Source of the DNA: Candidatus Heimdallarchaeota archaeon
GTDB lineage: Archaea > Asgardarchaeota > Heimdallarchaeia > Hodarchaeales > Hodarchaeaceae
NCBI GenBank assembly: GCA_019057635.1
Contig: DXJL01000016.1
Coordinates: forward strand, 1-48,229
Length of the DNA stretch: 48,229 nucleotides
Direction of reading: 5' to 3'
Positions 20,604 to 28,312 of this stretch are shown one piece after another. The notes below the pieces were generated by a model. That model was not told the DNA's origin, searched no databases, and worked only from the letters and a program-made list of their open reading frames with translations. The first letter of the stretch is position 1. Every line of letters starts with the position of its first letter. Both the position numbers and the translations under genes were made by a program.

Positions 20604-21302
20604 TTACCAAGGTTTCACTAATTCTGGCTGAATGGTTGGGAGCTCGAAAGTGAGAGCTGCACGAAATGGTTCAGTTCTCTTAGCTTTGCGAATATTTGTG
20701 ATTTCACCACTAGTAATTCTAATTTTGACACTTTCTTCTAAAGCTGGCTTGTACGCAGAATCAAATATTAGTAGCCATGTAGAATTATTGCTCTCATTCC
20801 AAGCGACTACATTAATCTCATCTTTTTCACGATCGTCGATTAAATCAAGTATATGGTAAAAACCTTTGAATTGTTCAATTTCTTTAGGGTCTTCACTTGT
20901 TGACAATACTATGGGAACTTTTTTCAGTAACCTTTTAGGAACCCCTTTTTTAGAGTCATCTACTCCCCGATTTGTTAATTTTCTCTTAAAGATTCCCTGA
21001 ATTTTTATTTCACTATCAACTAAATCTCGACGTAGCCTTGTTAAAACAAATAAACGATATACCGAACGATCTACTTCCTCTAGCTTACTAAAATTCTTTA
21101 CTAGAAATTTTAAAATATTAATTGCTAACTCACGCTGTTCGTGCGAGTAAAGATCATTCGCATAGGCATGCATAGAAGAAATTAATCCTTCTATCATTTC
21201 TGAATTCCTTTTAATTAATAAAGCTGATTCATTTTGTTGACCAGTTGCTATTAAGGCAACAGATAACCCTAGTATTTGAGTAGAAGAAAGTTCTGGATCC
21301 AT
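20604..21302 (-). CDS. C-terminal part of the PIN-TPR gene, in frame with 21363..22424 across one TGA
   Basis: The 20 codons between the TGA at 21365-21363 and this ATG are open and in frame (LYLLLGKYERALELFNAVPQ). Confidence 0.65.
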   Translation of the reverse strand: MDPELSSTQILGLSVALIATGQQNESALLIKRNSEMIEGLISSMHAYANDLYSHEQRELAINILKFLVKNFSKLEEVDRSVYRLFVLTRLRRDLVDSEIKIQGIFKRKLTNRGVDDSKKGVPKRLLKKVPIVLSTSEDPKEIEQFKGFYHILDLIDDREKDEINVVAWNESNNSTWLLIFDSAYKPALEESVKIRITSGEITNIRKAKRTEPFRAALTFELPTIQPELVKPW

Positions 21303-21362
21303 TTGAGGAACGGCATTAAAAAGTTCTAATGCTCGTTCATACTTCCCTAACAGTAAATATAG

Positions 21363-22424
21363 TCAACCTTGTAAAGCTATTAAATTTTCAATTGCCTCTC
21401 TCCCAACAGCAATGTAGTTCATATATACTCGACAAGCTTCAGCGTGTACCAATGCTTCTACAATTTGATTACGTGATATTCTATAATATAATAACCAACT
21501 ATGGTGTTCGAACAATTCAGATCTAAGCATTCTCTCTACTATAACGCGTTGTTCTAGCCCATCAATAGAATATATTAATTCGGAGCTTTTTGCTAGAATT
21601 TCAAGAAGTACTTCTTCTGCTTTGTGAATATGAAAGGTTTCTCGGGTTCCACGGGCTTTTATCACCAATTGCTGAGCAATAATTAAACCATCCTCAGGAG
21701 TTAACACTTCGGGTTCATGTTTTGGGGCGATTGCGACAATTTCTTTTTCGATTTCTGCTAGACTACTGTCGGCCCCTACTTCAGCGGCTGATCTGACAAA
21801 TCTCGCAGTATCGGTTAAATCATCAATTAGCATTGCTACATCAATATATCGACGAGTTTTCTTTTTATAACTCCATGATGCGCGAAAAACTCTTTCAACA
21901 GTCTGATCCAGAATTTTACGCATTTTTACGTCAGATACGGATGCTGCTAAGATTGACACAAACGAACCACATGATAAATGATCAATCCCTTTGAATACTT
22001 TGTTTTCTTTAATTATCCTAGCGACACCTTCATCATCAGAGACTAACGCTACCTTGTTGTTGTCTTTCAAGCTAAATTTTTTAGCTAATATTACAACATC
22101 GATATCTGCAGGATCGCCTTTTACACGTACCATCCGTTCTTGAACAGCATACTCTGCTGTTCGATTCCACAATTTCGAGGACCTTTTAACAGGTTCCATA
22201 CGTATAAACTTTGGTATAAGTCGTCGTAATTGCCGGAATCGTCCAGGAATATCTGATTTCGGGATTTCATTAGGTACCATTATCTCCATCCCTACAGATT
22301 GCCCAATTTTTTGAAGATTTGGCATTAAGGAATCAGATACACCTGCATTCAACAAGGAAATGAAAAAGTTCGTGTCAAGAACTACAACATCAAATACTGA
22401 TTCAGACACAGAGAGAAACTCCAA
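21363..22424 (-). CDS. PIN-domain protein, N-terminal part of a probable ~606-aa PIN-TPR protein interrupted by an in-frame TGA
   Basis: PIN motifs 'VVVLDTNFF', 'VPNEI', 'DPADIDVV', 'LVSDDEGV', followed by helical repeats. Confidence 0.78.
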   Translation of the reverse strand: MEFLSVSESVFDVVVLDTNFFISLLNAGVSDSLMPNLQKIGQSVGMEIMVPNEIPKSDIPGRFRQLRRLIPKFIRMEPVKRSSKLWNRTAEYAVQERMVRVKGDPADIDVVILAKKFSLKDNNKVALVSDDEGVARIIKENKVFKGIDHLSCGSFVSILAASVSDVKMRKILDQTVERVFRASWSYKKKTRRYIDVAMLIDDLTDTARFVRSAAEVGADSSLAEIEKEIVAIAPKHEPEVLTPEDGLIIAQQLVIKARGTRETFHIHKAEEVLLEILAKSSELIYSIDGLEQRVIVERMLRSELFEHHSWLLYYRISRNQIVEALVHAEACRVYMNYIAVGREAIENLIALQG

Positions 22425-22499
22425 GGATAAGTATTATTCAAGAATTGATCTGGTATTTATTAATGGTAAGTATGTTATTCAGGGGTTAAAAGTAAGTAG

Positions 22500-22601
22500 A
22501 GCGGAGGGCGTGATTCGAACACGCGTAATACAGCTTTGCAGGCTGCTCCATAGCCACTACAAGCACTTCATGACAAATGAAGAACCCTTTGGTACCTCCG
22601 C
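22500..22601 (-). tRNA. tRNA-Cys: tRNA-Cys(GCA) with a ~30-nt D-loop intron (about 22557-22586); CCA not encoded
   Basis: Acceptor stem GCGGAGG/CCTCCGC with U discriminator; anticodon arm GCAGC-CTGCAAA-GCTGT; T-arm GCGTG-TTCGAAT-CACGC. Removing 30 nt restores a 72-nt cloverleaf with a D-loop GG. Confidence 0.9.
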
Positions 22602-22893
22602 ATAAAGTCAACAACCTTAATGACAATAATTCAGTAAAACTAGATAAATTAAAATTATTTCGTTTTAGCAAATTCTAAGTAATACTCTGATAATGGTTTT
22701 TTTTTTGCGTTGAAATGGAGTAGGCGTTTCCCCAATCCAAGTAAAAACAAAAGATATTCAAAACACGTTTTATTTTTCCTCCTTTTCAAACAAAATTTTA
22801 AGAAATACGTCTATTAGGGAACAATGTTGAACAGAGATTCGGATTTAAGATTAAGACATTTCAAAATGTTTTTAGAGGAAGCACTTATTTTTC

Positions 22894-23742
22894 ATGTTAG
22901 AAGGATTATTTATGATTGAAAGCAAATTTCACGTATACATCCCAAGCATGGATGGTGAATATATTCCTGTTAAGTTTACCTCTCGTGCTGAAGATCTAAA
23001 AGAAACTGAAGTGTTAATTTTTCTTGATGAGGATAACAGACAAATCTATATTTGGACAGGAGAAAATTCATCTGTTAGAAAACGCTTTATCTCTAGTCAA
23101 ATAGCACGACAAATGCGTCTTGAAAAAGGAATGACCCATAGAATTTCTACTGAAGATCAAGGAAACGAGACGATAAAATTCAAAGATTTTATTATACGGC
23201 TAGAAGCGTCACCTGTGCCCCCTGGTTCGTTACTAGACGTAACACCTGCAGTACAAGCCGCATCTATAAACGAACTAGCCCCTCCCCCTAAAACAGCACG
23301 ACCCATGAAAGCTAAGATATCTACGGATGAAAGTAAGGTAGAAAAAGTAATAAAACCTGTTTCTCCTCCTCCTCCACCAATTTCAAAAACCAAACTGAAA
23401 GAAAAACCTGAAACTTTAATCTTATATTTTGCTGCAGATGAGGTTTCAGAAGTGACAAATTCGAAAGCAAAACTTCTGTACCCCGCATCTAAATCTGAAA
23501 CAACTCTCACGATGCTTCATGCATCATCTGCTGCCACCGAAGGAAAAATCGTATTGTATTCCATTAAAAGAAATACAAAAACTGCTACTTGCAAAACAGC
23601 GACACCAATATTTGTGATTTATTTATCCCCAAACATGAACTCCGTGCACGCTCTTGATGATCTGGAAATTCCAATCACTGCAGGTTACTCTATCTATTAC
23701 ACATGTCCTGGAAACACTTTCTTGGGAATTAACCTCGAGTAA
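22894..23742 (+). CDS. Gelsolin-like domain protein with Pro-rich linker and unknown C-terminal domain
   Basis: 'DLKETEVLIFLDEDNRQIYIWTGENSSVRKRFISSQIARQMR...EDQGNETIKF' matches the gelsolin-repeat pattern; 'PPP' and 'PPPPP' runs follow. Confidence 0.78.
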   Translation: MLEGLFMIESKFHVYIPSMDGEYIPVKFTSRAEDLKETEVLIFLDEDNRQIYIWTGENSSVRKRFISSQIARQMRLEKGMTHRISTEDQGNETIKFKDFIIRLEASPVPPGSLLDVTPAVQAASINELAPPPKTARPMKAKISTDESKVEKVIKPVSPPPPPISKTKLKEKPETLILYFAADEVSEVTNSKAKLLYPASKSETTLTMLHASSAATEGKIVLYSIKRNTKTATCKTATPIFVIYLSPNMNSVHALDDLEIPITAGYSIYYTCPGNTFLGINLE

Positions 23743-23893
23743 CGATCTGATAAGCATAATTTTTGTGCTTTCGTCTTTTTTTTTACTCAATTACTTTTCC
23801 ATTTTCGTACTAATTCCCTCTTTCCTTTTCACAATGAAAACAATTTTAACACTCTTTTCTCCTCATCTTTTAACCTCAACAAGGTGTTTTTTA

Positions 23894-25207
23894 ATGAGTG
23901 ATCATAAATTCAATTCTCGTTTAACAGGTTTCTTTAGAATGTCGATGTCAGATAGACAAAAAAAGATAAAGGAACGATGTCAGCTAAGTCAAGAAGATTT
24001 AGATTATTTAGTCGAATCTTCGACTACATTAGAAAAGGCAGGCCAGGGTTTTTATATTGAAAATACGATCGGAGTACAACAAATTCCTCTGGGAATAGCC
24101 ACTAACTTTACTATCAACGGTGAAGATGTTCTTGTTCCAATGTCAGTAGAAGAGGCTTCTGTGGTAGCTGCTGCATCCAATTCAGCAAAAGTGACTCGTG
24201 CTGCAGGTGGATTTTCAACAAGCAGTACTCCGCCAATAATGATTGGCCAAATCCAGATTATTAATGTACCAAATCCATTTTTTGTTCGTGAACTGTTTTT
24301 AGAGCACGAAGAAGAAATTATCAATATAGCAAATGAACAAGATCCAATTTTGGTGAAATTTGGAGGGGGATGTAGAGGAATAAATGTAAAAGTCCTTATG
24401 AATACAATTACTGAGCCTATGGTCATTTTAGAACTGTTAGTCGATGTACGTGATGCGATGGGCGCTAATGCCGTAAATACTATGAACGAAGCTGTAGCGC
24501 CACTGTTGGAAAAATTATCTGGTGGTAGAGCTTTATTACGCATAATTTCTAATCTTGCAGTTCGAAGACTTGTTCGTGCAAAAGCTATTTTTAAGGCTGA
24601 AAAACTTAAGACTGAAAAATTTTCAGGTTCAGAGGTAATAAATGGAATTTTGAACGCTTATGCTTTTGCAGAGGCGGATCCATATAGGGCATCAACCCAT
24701 AATAAAGGGATAATGAATGGTATTGATGCTGTCGCGCTAGCAACAGCTCAAGATTGGCGAGCTATCGAAGCAGGGGTCCATACTTATGCAGCTATCAAAG
24801 AACCTGGGAAATATGTTTCACTTACAACTTGGGAGAAGAATGCTGAGGGCGATCTCGTGGGAACTATAGAAATCCCTCTAGCCGTGGGATTGGTAGGTGG
24901 AGTTGCGAAAATTCATCCTATTGCTCAAATTGCTTTTAAAATCATGAATCTTTCTATTCCTGGTGGAGCGCTAAAACTAGCTGAAATAATGGCATGTGTA
25001 GGATTAGCACAAAATTTTGGGGCGCTTCGAGCTTTGGCATCAGTTGGTATTCAAGCAGGTCATATGAAATTACATGCACGTAATCTTGCTGCATCTATGG
25101 GTGCAAAAGGTGAGATATTAGATAAGGTTATCGAAACTCTTACTGGCAGGGATTTAAAAGTTACGTATGACAATGTAAAATCAATCTATGAAGAATTAAA
25201 AAATTAG
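23894..25207 (+). CDS. mvaA: HMG-CoA reductase, class II (bacterial/degradative type); likely start ATG at 23894
   Basis: 'IENTIG', 'EEASVVAAAS', 'DAMGANAVNTMNE', 'THNKGIMNG', 'GIQAGHMKLHARN'. Confidence 0.93.
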   Translation: MSDHKFNSRLTGFFRMSMSDRQKKIKERCQLSQEDLDYLVESSTTLEKAGQGFYIENTIGVQQIPLGIATNFTINGEDVLVPMSVEEASVVAAASNSAKVTRAAGGFSTSSTPPIMIGQIQIINVPNPFFVRELFLEHEEEIINIANEQDPILVKFGGGCRGINVKVLMNTITEPMVILELLVDVRDAMGANAVNTMNEAVAPLLEKLSGGRALLRIISNLAVRRLVRAKAIFKAEKLKTEKFSGSEVINGILNAYAFAEADPYRASTHNKGIMNGIDAVALATAQDWRAIEAGVHTYAAIKEPGKYVSLTTWEKNAEGDLVGTIEIPLAVGLVGGVAKIHPIAQIAFKIMNLSIPGGALKLAEIMACVGLAQNFGALRALASVGIQAGHMKLHARNLAASMGAKGEILDKVIETLTGRDLKVTYDNVKSIYEELKN

Positions 25208-25239
25208 ATTAGGTATAAGGTTTCTTTTAGGATTGAAGG

Positions 25240-25911
25240 TTATTCCTTAGTATTATTAGAATAATCTTCATCCTCTTGTATTTCCCATTGATCAATACCA
25301 ATCATTCTCGATTGACACTCGAGATTCATCTTTGTTAAATTATTTAAAAAATTTGCGAGAATTCTTCCAGTAGCACCCCAGATGATTTCTCCTTCATAAT
25401 TAAAGAATGGAACATGAAAAAGTTTTCCTCCTTCATAGGGTACTGCTTCTGTCCAATATTGCTTAATATCGGATATTCTATTTAGTGCGACCTTCAAAAT
25501 ATACTCAATCTCATCAGAATTATGATTATTACAATTTATATCAAAATCCTCTGAAATATAACCCACGACTGGGGTGACAATGTACTGACTTACCGTGAAA
25601 ATATCATCTAATAATCCTAATATCTCCACATCTTCACATCCTATTTCCTCGTGAACTTCACGAATTGCAGTTTGAACTAAGTTTTCATCAAGAGTTTCAT
25701 CATATCTACCCCCAGGGAATGAAATTTCATTTTTATGATGAGATACTTTGTCTGTTCTCCGAGTAAAAAGTGTATACCACTCATTCTCATCTTGAAATAA
25801 CGGAATAAGAATAGATGCCCTTCTATATCCTTGAGGAACTTCGAGAACTTTGCGTGAATTATTTTGAAGGACAGTACGTATTTCTTGAAGACATTGTGGA
25901 AGTTTAAACAA
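25240..25911 (-). CDS. Nudix CoA pyrophosphatase (NudL/PCD1-like)
   Basis: 'LFTRR...HKNEISFPGG', Nudix box 'TAIREVHEEIG', 'IWGATGRIL'. Confidence 0.9.
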   Translation of the reverse strand: MFKLPQCLQEIRTVLQNNSRKVLEVPQGYRRASILIPLFQDENEWYTLFTRRTDKVSHHKNEISFPGGRYDETLDENLVQTAIREVHEEIGCEDVEILGLLDDIFTVSQYIVTPVVGYISEDFDINCNNHNSDEIEYILKVALNRISDIKQYWTEAVPYEGGKLFHVPFFNYEGEIIWGATGRILANFLNNLTKMNLECQSRMIGIDQWEIQEDEDYSNNTKE

Positions 25912-26140
25912 ATAAATCTCCTATTTATAGCCATTGGGGGTTTATTTAAGACATTTTTTGGAATTTTCTGAAAATTGGACGGTTTTTCCTATCATGATAT
26001 TTCTCTCTTCATTCGATAGGTTTAGCTATGTATATAATTCAGAGATTTCTTGATTTGTACGATAAATCACCAGTTAAAAGCATACGAATATTCAATAAAA
26101 CTAACAAGCTGGAATTACCAGAAGTTAATGGTTATATATA

Positions 26141-26524
26141 ATGCCATTTATCAACGTAACATTTGCAGAGGCAAAGAATTCTTTAACAAACCGAACCTTA
26201 ATCGTCGAAATGTTAAAAGAAAAAAAAATAAATCCAAAAGAAGCCGATCTGTTAGAAAGTATGCATTTATATGCACAAGATCCGGAAAAAACCTCCCTGC
26301 AAAAGGTAAACGATTTGTGCATTCAATATTTTCAAGATGATCCAGAGGATGCATATCAAAAAATAAAACGGTTTGTCACTAGTGATAATAAAAGAGTTGC
26401 TTGGGTAATATTCTCCCGCACATTCCAAGAAATTCCATATGATGATAAAGATCCGTTAGATGACTATACACCTCGTGTTTCCGAAGTGTTGATTATTAGA
26501 TCTACCTTCATTGCAATTAAATAG
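26141..26524 (+). CDS. Hypothetical protein, first gene of an abutting three-gene cluster
   Basis: 127-aa ORF whose stop directly abuts the next ORF at 26525. Confidence 0.6.
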   Translation: MPFINVTFAEAKNSLTNRTLIVEMLKEKKINPKEADLLESMHLYAQDPEKTSLQKVNDLCIQYFQDDPEDAYQKIKRFVTSDNKRVAWVIFSRTFQEIPYDDKDPLDDYTPRVSEVLIIRSTFIAIK

Positions 26525-28312
26525 GTGGAAGAATCAATAATGACAGAAATTAGTTGTGAAGAATTAGCAACGGAAGCTGAAACCGCAACTAGCCACTCTC
26601 TTGAGATTGCTGCAGGAATCTATGAATCAACAGCTAAATGTTTCGATTCAAAGGGTAATAGAAGAAAAGCAGGCCAATACCTAACTATTGCGGGAGATTT
26701 TTATCTAGAAATTAAGAAAATGGATAAAGCTGCCAGTTGCTATGGAAAAGCGATAGTTCGGCATCTAATGTCTGAAGATATTGAAACTGCGAAAATTCTA
26801 GTCGAAAAGGGAAAGAAATATGGATTTACTACTGCAACCTATCAATTCAAAATGGCATTAAATGCCCTAGAACGAAAAATATCTACAGAAGATGAAGACA
26901 TTCAGGAGGAGGATAAATCTACTCACACTCACATCGAAGAAGATCTTCCAGATATTAAGATATTACCTTTGGAGGAAGAAGATTTATTACCTCTAGATGA
27001 AGATGAATTCGCAAATAATAATGATATTGATTTCAATCGTCAAGATTTTATAATCCCTCAATTAAAGACTGATGATCCCTCAAAAATGGACTCTTTCGCA
27101 GTCTTGGCTGCAGTTTCGAAAACTGTAAGAAGAAAATCAGAAAAGAAAATAAGAAGTGATGCTGTAGTAAAAGATCAAAGGGGAGATACAAGATTTTTGT
27201 CATCAAAATCATCAATTTCTTCTAAAAAAAGTTCCTTTAGAGCCAAAGGGACCGACAAGGATATGTATTCAAACTCAAAAGTTAAAGCTACTGAACTTTT
27301 ACAAGATGAAGAACCTTCTGCTGAACATATGATCGGTACTGATACTTTGGACATCGTATACGCAGCTAAAACGGAAATTACAAATGAATACGAAGAAGAC
27401 CTCGTGGATATTGAAATAGTAGATCGAATTCCATATAGGTGGGAAGTAGTCGATTTCCAGACAGATTTTGAATTAAATGACAGAAAAAAAACAAAGGAAG
27501 GAACTGTCTTCACTTGGAAAGCTGAAAAACTGATCCCGGGAAATACAGGCACCATTGAGTATGTATTACGGAAACGAGTAGAAAGATCGATCATTCTCCG
27601 AAAAGAACGTCAAGTTGTAGTATTAAATTTATACCATTCCTTGCATCAGAATTTAGAAGCTCAGTTGAACTTTGTTAATACAACAGGAGGAGTCGTCCAA
27701 GAAATACTGATCGAAGACGTTATCCCCCCAGAATTAGTTGTGAATCAAGCGTATTCTCCTCAAAAAATTCGTCCTGTTAGGATTCCAACACATGATTCAA
27801 CTTTATTTAGATGGATATTTAGTAATCTACCCCCAGGTGATACATTTTCCTCAAATTATGTTTTTAAGGAGAAACCGTTAACTCGCCACTACATAACTGA
27901 AGTTGAAACAGATTCTGGAAAACTCACCTGTAATAAAATTTCACAGCCACTTATAGATTCATTTGATTGTGAGTACATTTGGATGTATACAATTGAAAAT
28001 ATGTCGACCAATGAAATTATGTTAATTGATCGAATACCACTTGATTATAGTATATCTTTTGTTGATCCAATACATCTTCGGCCAACAATAGTTCGAGAAA
28101 AATCAAATTCTCTCTTAACCTGGAATTTGGAGAGAAAAGAAAAAATTTACATAATTATTCGAATGTCTGGCCAAGAATCATTTACACCCCTATCACCTAC
28201 GATTGAGATAAAGAATATCAAGGAAATCCAAATGCTAGAAACTAGTTCAGAATCTGAAAAGGCATTAATTGACATCAGGCATCTTAAACTTAAATTCTTG
28301 GAGATCATCTAA
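26525..28312 (+). CDS. alpha-SNAP-like N-terminus, acidic linker and three beta-sandwich (DUF11/mu-homology-like) repeats
   Basis: N-terminal 'AAGIYESTAKCF...KAGQYLTIAGDFY...KAASCYGKA'. Three repeats of N-x(n)-[IL]-x-D-x-I-P ... W. No signal peptide. Confidence 0.65.
   Translation: MEESIMTEISCEELATEAETATSHSLEIAAGIYESTAKCFDSKGNRRKAGQYLTIAGDFYLEIKKMDKAASCYGKAIVRHLMSEDIETAKILVEKGKKYGFTTATYQFKMALNALERKISTEDEDIQEEDKSTHTHIEEDLPDIKILPLEEEDLLPLDEDEFANNNDIDFNRQDFIIPQLKTDDPSKMDSFAVLAAVSKTVRRKSEKKIRSDAVVKDQRGDTRFLSSKSSISSKKSSFRAKGTDKDMYSNSKVKATELLQDEEPSAEHMIGTDTLDIVYAAKTEITNEYEEDLVDIEIVDRIPYRWEVVDFQTDFELNDRKKTKEGTVFTWKAEKLIPGNTGTIEYVLRKRVERSIILRKERQVVVLNLYHSLHQNLEAQLNFVNTTGGVVQEILIEDVIPPELVVNQAYSPQKIRPVRIPTHDSTLFRWIFSNLPPGDTFSSNYVFKEKPLTRHYITEVETDSGKLTCNKISQPLIDSFDCEYIWMYTIENMSTNEIMLIDRIPLDYSISFVDPIHLRPTIVREKSNSLLTWNLERKEKIYIIIRMSGQESFTPLSPTIEIKNIKEIQMLETSSESEKALIDIRHLKLKFLEII

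Noticed and set aside
21363-21365. Genome-wide reassignment of TGA to an amino acid
   Set aside because: Several well-defined genes here end at TGA at the expected position (e.g. the Rab-like gene at 14109, adk, rocD), so only site-specific readthrough or mutation is possible.
22360-22671. Short ORFs 22360..22605 (+) and 22486..22671 (-)
   Set aside because: They overlap the tRNA-Cys gene and are spurious.
23654-23893. 80-aa hydrophobic N-terminal extension on HMG-CoA reductase, which would mimic the eukaryotic membrane anchor
   Set aside because: It overlaps the gelsolin gene end and translates a T-rich, terminator-like intergenic tract. The class II HMGR domain begins at ATG 23894, preceded by an AGGTG SD-like motif.
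24052-24543. 163-aa antisense ORF, and the many similar 60-140-aa antisense or nested ORFs in the track
   Set aside because: They lie within well-supported genes on the opposite strand or in another frame, and have no motifs; they are shadow ORFs.
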